NCBI RefSeq assembly: GCF_009914755.1
Contig: NC_060928.1
Direction: 5' to 3' (one strand)
Source: the human T2T-CHM13v2.0 reference genome, Homo sapiens
DNA length: 64,000 bases
Shown: piece by piece, positions 17,458-30,600 of the stretch
How positions within the stretch are numbered: the first letter of the stretch is position 1
How the letters are laid out: each line of letters starts with the position of its first letter
The notes under the pieces: model-generated
The model's input: the letters and a program-made list of their open reading frames with translations, nothing else
Told to the model about the DNA's origin: nothing
Database searches by the model: none
Translations under genes and position numbers: made by a program

Positions 17458-18105
17458 GAGTCGTAGTCTCGCTCTGTCACCTAGACTGGAGTGCAGTGGC
17501 ATGCTCTTGGATCACTGCCACCTCCACCTCCAGGGTTCAAGAGATTCTCCTGCCTCAGCCTCCTGAGTAGGTGGAATTACGGGTGTGCGCCACCATGCCC
17601 GGCTAATTTTTGTATTTTTAGTAGAGATGGCGTTTCACCATGTTGGTCAGGCTGGTCTTGAACTCCTGACCTCATGATCTGCCCACCTTGGCCTCCCAAA
17701 GTGCTGGGATTACAGGTGTGAGCAACTGCGCCCGGCCACACAGGAACATCTTTATCATACTCTGCCAAGCAAAGGCCCAACTGAAGGAACATCCCTATCA
17801 AATCTTGCTGGGCAAAGGTACAAGGAACATCCTCTCACATCTCACTGAAAAAAGGGCTAAACCATCTGATCACAGGAACATCTTATCAATATCCTTCCGG
17901 GCAGCAAGCCATACTGCCCAGACCTCTCCCCGCTCCATAATTATAAATACCCCAGGCTGTAAGCAGCTGTGGTCTCTGGTATTAAGCTGGTCCCCAACCT
18001 CTGCAGGTTTATGCTGGACATAAATGCCTGAATTTGCTGTTGAGCCACCACTCTCTCTCTCTTTCTATTTTTATTTAACCCTCGTCTTCCCTTCAAAACC
18101 TATCA
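17276..18105 (+). mobile_element. ERV solo LTR (family not named; 5-bp TSD), interrupted by an Alu
   Basis: TG...CA termini; perfect TSD aatgt at 17271-17275 and 18106-18110; TATA-like 'ttataaata' at ~17941; internal 'aggaacatc' repeats. Confidence 0.85.
17413..17737 (-). mobile_element. AluS (AluSg-like)
   Basis: Full dimer with T-tail; TSD cacaggaacatcttt at 17398-17412 and 17739-17753; 2-bp-deleted 'gacctcatgatc'. Confidence 0.93.
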
Positions 18106-18395
18106 AATGTGACACACTAAAATATCCCTTTAAATAACAAGTTTCTTCTCTGTTAATTTATTTACATATATAATTTTACTCATTTTCTCTTCCTCTTTCC
18201 TTTCAACTAATTTCATCAAACATCAAACATTTATTGTTTACTGTGTATCCACAACAGAATTGCAATCAAGATCGGTTGTTTAAAAATTTAAGCAAAATTT
18301 AGGTATTGAAAGACTTTATTTTGGATTTTAATTATACTAATAAAAGTTAATTGCTTTATATTATGTATGTTTATTTACAGCTTGATTGTAAAAAG

Positions 18396-19006
18396 TTTTT
18401 ATTTTTTTTATTTTTTTATTTTTTTTATTTTTTGCTGGTAATTCTTACATTTCTTTTCTTTTTTTTTTTTTTATACTTTAAGTTTTAGGGTACATGTGCA
18501 CATTGTGCAGGTTAGTTACATATGTATACATGTGCCATGCTGGTGCGCTGCACCCACTAACTCGTCATCTAGCATTAGGTATATCTCCCAATGCTATCCC
18601 TCCCCCCTCCCCCCACCCCACCACAGTCCTCAGAGTGTGATATTCCCCTTCCTGTGTCCATGTGATCTCATTGTTCAATTCCCACCTATGAGTGAGAATA
18701 TGCGGTGTTTGGTTTTTTGTTCTTGCGATAGTTTACTGAGAATGATGATTTCCAATTTCATCCATGTCCCTACAAAGGACATGAACTCATCATTTTTTAT
18801 GGCTGCATAGTATTCCATGGTGTATATGTGCCACATTTTCTTAATCCAGTCTATCATTGTTGGACATTTGGGTTGGTTCCAAGTCTTTGCTATTGTGAAT
18901 AATGCCGCAATAAACATACGTGTGCATGTGTCTTTATAGCAGCATGATTTATAGTCATTTGGGTATATACCCAGTAATGGGATGGCTGGGTCAAATGGTA
19001 TTTCTA
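18396..19006 (-). mobile_element. 5'-truncated L1PA2 (~550 bp) with double A-tail
   Basis: 3'UTR 'gctagatgacgagttagtgggtg' (GAG diagnostic, not the L1HS ACA/ACG); ORF2 C-terminus at 18675-19006. Confidence 0.92.
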
Positions 19007-19483
19007 AAGCCATCAAAGACATGTAATAGAAGAATTAAAAAATTTTTTTAAAAGGTTAAATTATTTTGACAGTATTGGAAAAGTATGAAGTACTTTGGGA
19101 CAGAGGAAAAGAAGATATCTCTCTTTTCCCTCTCAGTTTCTCTGCACCCCACACCTGTTTTTCTCCTGGATAAAGGACAAGGAATAGGACGTGGAAAAAA
19201 AATGACCTTGCCAGGATACTACAAATTGATCTTTTATATGTTTAGTTAGACTAGGACTAGCTTCCTGATGATAGTACCTGCTACTCCAACCAAATAACCT
19301 AAAATCTGATTTAATTTTGTCAAAATCAAGATCCCAAGCTTTCCCAATCTTGGATGGGGAGAGGAGAAAAGAGGCCCTGCGGTAGGGAGCTATGTAAGAG
19401 GCCTGGTACAAACTCAATGATAGTCTTGAACTGTAGGATAAGTTTCCTTTGAGGTTCACCATCAAGATTTCTAGGTGGGAAGG

Positions 19484-19851
19484 TGTCTTAGTCCATTTGA
19501 CCTGCTATAACAAAGTACCATAAACCAGGTAGCTTATAAATAACAGAAGCTTATTTCTCACACTTCTGGGGGCTGGGAAGACTGATGCCACGGTGCCAAC
19601 AGATTTGGAGTCTGGTGAGTGCTCTTTCTTGTTCCCAGATGGAAGCTTCTTGTTGTGTTTTCACATGGCAGAAAGGACAAGGCAGCTCTCTGGAGCCTCT
19701 TTTATAAAGGCACTAATTCCATTCACAAGGGCTCCACTTCATGACCTAACCACCTCCGGATGTTTCATTTTCTAACACTATCACACTGGTGATTAGGTTT
19801 CAATATGGAAATTGAAGATGGGGAAGTGTCACAAATATTCACAACATAGCA
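19484..19851 (-). mobile_element. MaLR solo LTR (MLT1A0-type)
   Basis: 'tgtcttagtccatttg..ctgctataacaaagtacc', 'ctcttttataaagg', end 'aaatattcacaacatagca'. Confidence 0.85.
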
Positions 19852-19859
19852 GAGAGATT

Positions 19860-20331
19860 CCAGAGTTAGCTTATGTATTTGACATTTGTTGTTTCTGTTG
19901 CCCATATCTGAGGTGCCCTTTCTGTAAGGGCCACCTTTCATTCCACTACAGAAGCCAAATTGGAGAAAGTATTTCTTCTCCCTACTCTTTGGCAGTAAGA
20001 GCTTGGGCATATGAATCCCAACTCAGAGACACCAAGGTGCAAAGTCAGAGAGAAAGTCTTTGAAGCAGTTACGATAGAGTGAAGATTCTAGTAGCATGCA
20101 GAGTGATGAGTAGTTAGTGGTGCAGAGTGATGTCACTAGCAGTGGTATCCTAAGCAGATAGTCCCTGCAAAAGGATTTTACCTGTGCTTTGAGTCTTTTG
20201 GTTTTGATTCAAGCTTCTTTCTTCATCCTTCTCATAACTTTTGTGATCTGACACCTTCTAACAAATTCTTTTTCTGTTTATGTTAATCTGAGTCACTTTC
20301 TGATTTTATGCACACAAACTTTTACTAGTAT
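19860..20331 (+). mobile_element. Old ERVL LTR (LTR33-like)
   Basis: 3' end 'acaaattctttttctgtttatgttaatctgagtcactttctg' resembles LTR33/LTR16-type U5. Confidence 0.5.
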
Positions 20332-20604
20332 GGGCAGAAAGCTGGGTCACAAACAATGGGGAAGAGGGGTACGATAGAAAAAAGCCTCAGCTTTGGAAGA
20401 AAATATTGGCATGGATGAGTTTTCTAGCTTGGATCCTGGACCTGTGAGTAAACATGGATCACTACAGGGAGAGAAAGTTAGATAGTAGCTCAACTATTAA
20501 TAGATACCTGAACAGGTGAAATTTATTCCTGAGGTGCCACCAAAACTAGGGGGAAGCTATTTTCAGAACCTACTTGATCTAGGTCTAGAAGGACTTCTAA
20601 CGTG

Positions 20605-21560
20605 TTAATTAATTAATTTACTCAATCTGTCATTACTGAAGACCTGATGTGAGCCAGTCTCATTTGTTAGGCATAAAAAAAGAGTGATGGTAAACAAAAT
20701 AAACATGGTACCTATCCTAGAGAAAATTACCAATGAGCAAGACAGACATTAAACAAATAGTTTAACATATAGTTGATCTTCTTTACTCAGGTCCTATATT
20801 TATGAATTCACCTACTTGCTAAAATGTATTTGTAACTCTCAAATCAATACCTGCTGCTTTCATGGTCATTTCCAGACAGACCAAAAGTTGCCAAAAGCTG
20901 GAGTCACCAAATGCACAAGCTCCCAGCTGAAGTTGAACAAGAAGATGCTGTGCCTTCTTGTTTGTGCCTTTTTGTTTAGCAGAGATGACCAGAGGATGGA
21001 GAAAGTAGGGAAGAGTGCAGTGTAGGGCAGTTCAGGAAGCTCTGGCTTGGGAATCAGTCATAGTGGACTTGAATCTCATCTCTGGCATCTATTAGTGAGG
21101 CAGCCTTTTTCCCCTTGGAGTAATATTCATTGTTTGATAGTTCAGTGTTTGGGGCATAACTATGGTGAATAATGAGAACTGAATGTTATATATGTCAATA
21201 AAATGACATGTTGTGGGAGTACATAGAAAACTTATGTTTGGGTGTTATGGTGGGAGTACACACAAAAAAACATGATTTAATCAAGAGATCAAGAAAGGTC
21301 ATCAAGAAAAAAGTCACATTAAACTAATGCCTGAAGCATGAATAGGAATTATTGCAGCAAAGTTGTGGAAACACTCTAGACAATGGTGCAGATAGAGTGC
21401 TATGGCCTGGTTAAACCTGAGCATAGTGTGAAGAAAGGAAAGGGGAAAAGTGTAGCTTGATAGGCAACAGGAAGTTAGTTCATTCACACCGTGTAGGCCA
21501 TTTAGGGAAATTTGAGCTTTTCCCTATGGACAATGAGAAGCTATTAATGGCATAAAGCCA
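20605..21560. mobile_element. Cluster of L2 and MIR fragments in mixed orientation
   Basis: L2 motifs at ~20610-20760 (-), 20770-20940 (+) and 21110-21560 (-); MIR piece at ~21040-21110. Confidence 0.5.
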
Positions 21561-21802
21561 AGGTTTGGCCAGGTTTTCCCAGCTGTTAATTACCCTTGTT
21601 TGCCAACATCAATTTAGGCATATAAGACAGACAGGAATCAAGATAGATTAATACTCCTTGTGAATTTTGTGCTAAAATTGATATTAAAAGCATGTCTAAG
21701 ATAGATCTGTGTAGTTTCTGATTCATGTTGGGAAGCCCTTTCCTAAGGGAAATCAAAAGACTTGCTGAATAAATGTCTCTAGAATTAAAAGTAAGATCTC
21801 CT

Positions 21803-22159
<357 letters not shown>

Positions 22160-22164
22160 TTATT

Positions 22165-22440
22165 TAAAAATAAAAGAACAATTAAAATATTAATTGCTTA
22201 ATATATTAATTTATTAAATAAAATTTAATAAATATTTTTAAATTATTTAATTATTATTAATTTTAAGTATTTTAACTATAATTTTAAGTGGCTTTAAAAT
22301 AGTTAAAACACTTAAAATTAATAATTTAATAATTAATAATAGAAATTACAATTAATATATAAGTAATAAATGGTTTATTAATACACTAGAAATTTATTAA
22401 TAAACTGATACTTTAAACTGTTTTTAACTATTATTTTTAA
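22165..22440. repeat. AT-rich low-complexity tract
   Basis: Almost exclusively A/T. Confidence 0.85.
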
Positions 22441-22579
22441 GCTAGAGAGAGAAGTTGTCTTTTTCAAGTTTAGAATGTAACAAAATTCTGTTTAAAAACA
22501 CGAAACTTCAAAGTTCTCCTAAACTATTTTTGCCATAAGATCTATTGTTGCTTCGTCCCCAACATTTGGATGTCTACTA

Positions 22580-24610
22580 AACATTTTTGATAATTTAAAT
22601 AAATTCTATTAATTTACATTCAATAAAATTTCCATTTTTAGTAGACAGTTTGACGAAACTCACCACGATCAAGATTGAGAATATCTTTGTCACCCAGACA
22701 ATCCCCAGTGGAACTGTGCTGTCACACTCTGTTCCTACTCAGGCTTTCTGGAACTATAGGCTTGCTTTGTTTAGATCTTCATATAAATGGAATCAGTATG
22801 TACATAGTATGTCGGCTTTGGTGCCTGTCTTATTTCAGTTACCCTGAGTCTTTGAGACTCTGTTCAGTAATTTTCAGTCTTTTTTCTCTCTGTACTTCAT
22901 TTTAGATAATTCTTTTCTAGTTTTTTGCTTGATTTTTTTTCTTCTGCTTATAGGTCATATTTTCCTGCTTTTTGTCCATACCTGGTAATTTTTACCTGGG
23001 TGCTAGATGTTGTGACTTTTACTTTGTTGAACACTGGATTTTGTCAGGGACCTTTTTTCCTTTTTATGCATTAGATTTTTTTCTGGCAAGAATTACATTC
23101 CCTGAGAATCAGTTAGATAATTTCAAGACTTCTATGTTAATCTTTGTTGCAATGAACCCAGAACAGTTTTTTCTTCTGGGAATAATATAGTATTAATACT
23201 CAAGTACTGCCTTTTTGAACATTATACCTAATGACTTGCTTATTATGAGGTCTCTCTACTCTTGCTGATGAGAACACAAACTATTCCCAGGGTAAACTCA
23301 GAAAATTATACTACCTACTGCTCTCTGGTGTGTTTCCCTCACTCAAGCTTTGGAGAGTTTCATCCTACCACATACAGATAAATACAATGGGTCAAAAGTA
23401 TCCCTCTGCAGATGCTGGGAACTCCCTTAAAGAGCAGCTTTCTTTTCTTTTTTCTTTCTTTCTTTTCTTTTTTTTTTGTACTCTGCCCACAAATTATATC
23501 TGTCTTGGTTCCCCAAACTCTGATCTCTGTCTCTTTAATTCAGAGTGAGAACACTACACCCTGTTACAATTACCACTCTTTGCTCTGTGGCATGGGCACT
23601 TACTTCCTGTAGGAAGTAAGTTCATGCAATTATAGTGATACAGGAGTGCTAGGAAGAGAAGAGCATGGTCCCTTTAAATGATACAGAAGTGGCGAAGGGA
23701 AGTGCTGGGCAGAGGAGGGCGTGGTCCCTGGCTAGGGCTCCACTCCCACGGACCTATGTGAGGACAGGGACTCCTGCCTTCTTGCCCAAATGTTGCATTT
23801 CCCAAGACCACCTGGCCTGCCACACCCCCACCGTGTGCCTATAGAAACCCCTGAGACCCTAGCAGGCAGACACAAGTGCTGGACATCATGAGGAACACAT
23901 CATCAGAAGAAGACATAAGCGGCTGGTCATCAAGAGCACGCCAGCGGAAGAGCATGCCAACCTGCAGGCCAGCGGGTCATTGACTGGCAGAATGACATGG
24001 AGTTTGGCTGGGGCAGCTGGAGGAGAGCCAGGGCTGCCCAGGGACCCCACTCCAGGGGAAGACCATCTCCCTTCTGGCTCCCCTGTCTGCTGAGAACTAC
24101 TTCTCCTCAATAAACCTTGAACTCATTCTCCAAGTCCACATGTGATCCAATTCTTCCAGTACACCGAGGCAAGAAACCCTGGGATACAGAAATCCCTCTG
24201 TCCTTGTGATAAAAGGAAGGGAGTCTGATTGAGCTGGTTAACACAAGCCACCTATAGACAGCAAACTAAAATAACACCTTGTAACACACGCCCACTGCGG
24301 CTTCAGCTGTAAACATTCACCTCTAGACACTTCCATGGGGTCAGAGCCCCACAGTCTGCCCGTCTGTATGCTCCCCTAGAGGTCTGAGCAGCAGAGCACT
24401 GAAGAAGTGAACCATACTCCCATTCCACGCCCTGCGAGGGGGACAAGGGAAACTTTCTCGTTTTAATAGAACTCACCTACATTGTATCTCCTCTCTTCTA
24501 GATCACAATTTAAATTGTCTGTTAGCCAATGTCTGAAAACACATTTTATAAATTTTGTCAATTATTCTAGTTGTTTACAGCAAGAAGGCAATTCTCATAG
24601 CAATTAACTT
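22580..24610 (-). mobile_element. Old L1M fragments (3' piece plus ORF1/5' region), host of the LTR1 insertion
   Basis: Antisense L1M motifs 'ttcatataaatggaatca', 'taggtcatattttcctgc'; sequence resumes after the LTR. Confidence 0.6.
23636..24465 (+). mobile_element. LTR1-family ERV1 solo LTR
   Basis: Start 'tgatacaggagtgct...ggtccctttaaatgatacagaag'; AATAAA at ~24109; 4-bp TSD atag at 23632-23635 and 24466-24469. Confidence 0.85.
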
Positions 24611-24619
24611 TTCGCAAAC

Positions 24620-27600
24620 AAGAGAAAAAAGGAGAGAATATATGCAATTATATTGTCTTTTTAATTTACCTTTATAATGACCTTTACTAGTTTTATTTGT
24701 ATTTTTGCATGATTCAAATTACTGTCTAGGGTCACTAGCTTTCTGCTTAAATAATTTACTTTAATATGTCCTCAGGTAGGTCTACTACCAACAAATTCTC
24801 TCAGCTTTTGTTTATCTGGGAATGTCTTTATTTTGTCTTTATGTTTGAAAGAGTTTTTCTGAATAAAAGATTATTGATTGACAGTTTTTATTTTCAGTAC
24901 TTAAATATGTTATTCCACTGCCTTCTGGCTATGATTATTTCTGATGATAAGTCAGTGATTAATCTTATCGGAATCCTCTTGTACGTGATGGGTCATTTTT
25001 CTCTTGCTTTTTTCAATATTTGTCTCTTTATTTTTGGCTTCCAACATTTTTTACAAAGATTTGCCTGAGTATGTATCTCTCTCAGTTTACCCTACTTGAA
25101 AATCGCTGAGCTTCTTGGATAGCTAATGTTCACCACCAAATTTAGGGAGTTTTTTTCATTATTTTTTCAAGTATTTTTTCTATCCCTATCTCTCTCTCCT
25201 CTGTTTCTGATAATCTAATTACATACATGTTGATGCACTTAATAGTGTTCTATATATCTCTGAATCTCTTTGTATTTCTCTTCTTCTTTTCTCTCTGTTC
25301 TTGCAGATTGCATAATCTTTATTAATCTGTCTTCAAGATTGCTGAATCTTTCTTCTGCCAGTTCAAATTTGCTGTTGAAAGGGTGCCAATTCTCATCACT
25401 CCTGTTCAACATAGCACTGGAAGTCCTAGCCAGAGCAATCAGACAAGAGAAAGAAATGAAAAGCATACAAATAGGAAAAGAAGAAATCAAACTAGTTCTC
25501 TTTTATAGATGATATGATTCTATACCTAGAAAACCCTAGACTGCCAAAAGGCTCCTGGAATTGATAAAGGACTTCAGTAAAGTTTCAGGATACAAAATCA
25601 ATATACAAAAGTTAGTAACATTTGTATACAACAATAATGTTAAAATACCTACAAAAAAAGTACTTAGGAATACATCTAACCAAGGAAGTAAAAGATTTCT
25701 ATAAAGAAAAGTATAAAACACTGCTGAAGGACATCATAGATGACACAAACAAATGAATAATATTCCATGCTCATAAATTGGAAGAATCAATATTGTTAAA
25801 ATGGCTATACTGCCCAAAGCAATCTACAGATTCAATGCTATTTCTGTCAAACTACCAACATCATTTTTCACAAAATTAGAAAAAACTACTCTAAAATTCA
25901 AATGGAAGTTAAAAAAAAGAGAGAGCCCTAATAACCAAAGCAATCCTAAGTAGAAAGAACAAAGCTGGTGATATCACATTACCTAACTTCAAACTCTCCT
26001 ATAAGGCTACAATAAACAAAACAGTATACCACTGGTACAAAAACAGACATATAGACCAGTGGAACAGAATATAGATCCCAGAAATAAAGCTGCACATCTA
26101 AAGCCATCTGATCTTTGACAAAGTTGCCAAAAATAAGCAATGAGGAAAGGAAACTCTATTCAACAAATGGTGTTGGAATAGCTGGCTAGTCATAGGCAAA
26201 AGAATGAAACTGGACCCCTACTTTTCACCGTACACAAACATCAACTCAAGAAGGATTAAATATTCAAATGTAAGACCTCAAACTATAAAAGTCCTAGAAG
26301 AAAACCTGGTAAACACCATTCTGGACATCAGCCTTGGCAAATAATTTATGACTAAGTCCTCAAAAGCAATTGCTACACAACCAAAAATTTACAAGTGGAA
26401 CCTAATTAAACTAAAGAGTTCCTGAACAGCAAAGGAAACTATCAACAGAATAAAAAGACAACCTACAGAATGGGAGAAGATATTTGCAAATTATGCATCC
26501 TACAAAGGTCACATATCCAGAATCTATAAGGAAGTTAAACAATTCAACAAGCAAAAAACAAATGACCCCATTAAAAAGCGGATAAAAGACATAAACAGAC
26601 ATTTTTCAAAAGAAGACATACAAGTGGCCAACAAATGTATCAAAAAATGCTCAACATCACTAATTATCAGACAGACACAATGAAAACCACAATGGGATAT
26701 CCTCTCACACCAGTCAGAATGGCTATTATTAAAAGGTAAAAAAAAAAATGTACTCTGGCAAGGCTGCAGAGAAAAGGACGTGTTGATACACTGTTAGTGG
26801 GAATATAAATTAGTTCAACCACCTACAGAAAATAATTTGGAGATTTCTCAAATAACTTAAAACAGAACTACCATTCAACCCAGAAATCCCATTACTATGT
26901 ATATATCCAAAAAAAGTCACTCTATCAAAAAGACACATGCACTCACATGTTCATTGCAGCACTGTTCACCATAGCAAAGAGATAATATCAACCTAGGTGC
27001 CCATCACCATGGACTGGATATAGAAAATGTGGTACATATACACAACGGAATACTATGTAGCCATAAAAAAGAGCAAAATTATATCCTTTGCAGCAACCTG
27101 GATGCAGCTGGAGGTCATTATCCTAAGCAAATTAATGCAGGTAGAGCAAACCAAATACCACATGTTCTCACTTATAAGTGGGAGCTAAATAGTGAGTACT
27201 CATGAACATAAAGATGGAAACAGTAGATACTGCTAGAGGGGCGTGGGAGGGAGTGAAGAAGACAAAAGCTGAAAAACTAGCTATTGGATACTGTGCTCAC
27301 TACTTCGATGATAGGATAATTTGTAACCTAAACCTTAGCATCACACAATATACCCATGTAAAAAAACCTGTTTATGTATACCCTGAATCTAAAATAAAGG
27401 ATGAAATTATTTTAAAAATAAATAAACATCTTAATCAGTTAATTTTTTAAAATAATTACAGAAAAATACCAAAAAATTACTTTTGAGGTTCTCTGGTGGT
27501 TATTGTAATTTTTGACTCCAGAAATTCCCTCTGATTCTTTTTAATAATTTTTATCTCTGTACTGATATTTTCTAGTTGATGAAGCATCATCCTTGCCATC

Positions 27601-27660
27601 TTCCTTTAATTCTGTAAGCATGGTTTCCCTTGGTTCTTTGGACATAATCATCATAGTTGC
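24620..27660 (-). mobile_element. L1M ORF1 region, split by a sense L1PA insertion
   Basis: Minus ORF 25239-25490 contains L1 ORF1p-like '[21 protein letters not shown]'; host resumes at ~27480. Confidence 0.7.
25379..27470 (+). mobile_element. 5'-truncated L1PA15/16-like element (~2.1 kb)
   Basis: ORF2 remnant ([25 protein letters not shown]); 3'UTR 'gctgaaaaactagctattgg...ccctgaatctaaaataaa'. Confidence 0.85.
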
Positions 27661-30600
27661 TTTTGGGCTCTCTATTTTGTTCCGTTCATCTATATGTCTA
27701 TTTTTATGCCAACATCATAATGTTTTGATAGCATTTGTTAAGGATTGCATTTTTCATTTATTTGCATCTTCTTCAATTTCTTTCATCAAAGTTTATAGTT
27801 GTCAGTGTAAACATCTTTTACTCCTTGGTTACATTTATTTCTGTATATTTTTGTTATGCTATTGTAATGGGAACATTTTCTTGACATCTTTTACAGAGAA
27901 TTCATTGTTACAATACAGAAAAGCAATTGAGTTTTTTTTTTTTATTTCCTGGAATGCATTTTCAATTACATTAACTTTTTTATTCTGAAATAAAGAGTAC
28001 AGCAGTCAGAGAAGTATGATTTAGTGAAGCATATAATAAAACAAATTATAAAAAACATTTATTGCAAAAGATTGATCTTCTTCCACATCAATATAGCATA
28101 ATAACATAACCTCAGGCAAGTCTTTGCAAGTCTGCCAAAAAATCCCATGAGTAGCAGGGTGCCAATCATAGTTTATGTGACAAAGTGTTGGCGAATATTT
28201 CAAGAAGAGAAACTTTTCAAGAGTTTCTTTCATTAACAAATACCAAATGGTAATAACATTGTTAGTAAACACCAAGAATTATCCTTAGCAAACTATCAGA
28301 GGAACAGAAAACCAAATATAGCAATTGATTTTTATGTGTTGATTTTTTTCTAACACAGCTTTAATGAATTAATTCATTGTTCTAAAAGTTTTTGGTGGAT
28401 TCTAAGGGGTTTTCTACATATAAGATCATGTCCTATGCAAAAAGATATAATTTTAATTTTTCCTTTCTAATGTGAATGCCTTTTTTCTTTCTTGCCTAAT
28501 TCCTCTGGCTAGGATATCCAGCACTATATTTAATAGAAATTGTTAAAGTAGACATCTTTGTCTTTCCTAATCGTAAAGGAAAAGCTTTCAGCTTTCACCA
28601 TTATGATGTTAGCTGTGAGTCTGTCATATATGGCCTTCATTATTTTGAAGTAAATTCCTTCTTTACCTAAATTGTTGAGAGTTTTTGTCATTAAAAGAGT
28701 TTGAATATTGTTAAATGCTTTTCTTACATCTACTGAGATAATTATATGATTTTTATTCTCTATTGTGTTAATGTGTTGTATTTTTTTATTTCTATATGTT
28801 AAATAATCCTTATATTGCAGAGATTAAATCCCATTTGATGGTTATGTATGATCCATTAATGTGCTGTAGGATTCAGTTTGCTGGTATTTTGTTGAGGATT
28901 TTTTGCTTCTATGTTTATCAGGGATATTTGCCTATAATTTTCATAGTGTCCTTATCTAGATTTGGTAACAGGATAGTGCTGGTCTTGTAAAATAAGATCG
29001 GAAGTGTTTTATCCTCTTCAAATTTTTGGAAGAGTTCAGGAAAAATGGTTATGAATTCTTCTATAACTGTTTGGTAGAAGGCACCAGTGAAGCAGTCTGG
29101 TCCTGGGCTATTCTTTATTGGAAGGTTTTAGACTACTGATTCAGCCTCCTTACCCCTATGGGTCTGTTTAGATTTTTTATTTCTTCATGATTCAGTCTTG
29201 GTAGATTATATATGTCTAGGAATTTATTCATTTATTCTAGGTTATCCAATGTGTTGGCATATAATTTTTCATGGTAGTCTTTTTTTGTATTTCTGTGTTA
29301 TCAGTTAAAATGTCTTCTATTTCTGATTTACTTGAATTTTATCTCTTTTTTTTCCCTTAGTCTAGTTAGATGTTTGTCAATTTTATTTATCTTTAAAAAA
29401 ACTTAGTTTCAGTGAATTTTTCTGTTGTTTTCTACTGTCTATTTATTTCTGCTGTGATCTTTGTTATTTCCTTCCTTCTGATAACTTTGGGCTTGGTTTG
29501 TTTTTCTTTGTCTAGTTGCTTGAGGTGCAAAGTTAAATTGTTTGAGAGCCTTCTTTTTTCTGTAGGAATTATTGCTGTAAACATCCTATTGAACTGCTTT
29601 TGCCACACCCTATAAGTTTTAGTACATTCTGTTTCCATTTTTGTTTATCTCAAAGTATTTTTAGATTTCCATTTTGATTTCTTGTTTAAGACATTGGTTG
29701 CTATGGAGTGTGTTTTTAATTTCCACATATTTTTGAGTTTTCCAGGTTTTCTCTTGTTACTGATTTCTAGTTTCAAGCAGCTGTGGTTTCAGAAAATATA
29801 CTTGATATAATTTACATCATTTCTAATTTGTTTAGACTTGTTTTGTTGCGTAATATATGGTCTATCCTATCTATGTTTGCTTGAGAAGAATGTATATTCT
29901 ACTACTGTTGGATGGGATGTTCTATATGTCACATACATTTGGTCTAAAACATAGTTCAATTCCGGTGATTTCTTATTGATTTTTGTGAAGATGACCTATC
30001 TATTGTTAAAAGTAGGATATTAAAATTACTAGCATTATTGTCTTACTGTGCATTTATCACTTCCATTCTGTTAATAGTTGCTTAGAATATTTAGGTTTTT
30101 TGACATTGGGTTCATATCTGTCTATTATTGGTATATGCTGAGGCTCTCTCAGACCTAGTCTATGCATGCACCTGCTCTACACATCTTGTTCCCTCTTGAG
30201 GGAAGGGAGAATTTTTAATATTGTATGCCTTCTCTTGATCCCAATAAGCCAGGCCAAGTTCTGTGAACCTCTCATTTATTTTTCCTTGAGTAGCGTCTGA
30301 AATGCGCACTTTGTATGCCTTCTCCCAATCCTGCAGTCAGGCCAGCTGTCTGCACACACTAGAGAGACATCTGAAGAGGCTAACACTTGCCATCCATGGG
30401 GATGCATGTGGGATGCTGGCCTCAGAAATAGGGAGTGAGTTGTATGGAGCATCGAGGGTGCCCATGGGCCAATTGGTGGGGATCTCTAGGTGAGGTGTCC
30501 CAAGCAGCTCATAGGTGGACTTTCTTATGAAGTCCATGAAGTGGTTTGTAGGCTCCATGGCCATTTGTTGAGGACTAAGTCCTGCTTGCTGTGAATCCCT

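Noticed and set aside
17233-18023. ORFs with poly-F or poly-K and Alu-type peptides (also at 31837, 32738, 53201 and 58270)
   Set aside because: They are translations of Alu bodies and tails.
18459-19006. Possible human-specific L1HS-Ta insertion
   Set aside because: The diagnostic position reads GAG (gatgacgagtt), not ACA or ACG. The same holds for the 60-kb copy.
30219-30345. Repeated 'ttgtatgccttctc...aggcca' unit
   Set aside because: It lies within an L1 5'UTR-like region, where internal tandem repeats are expected.
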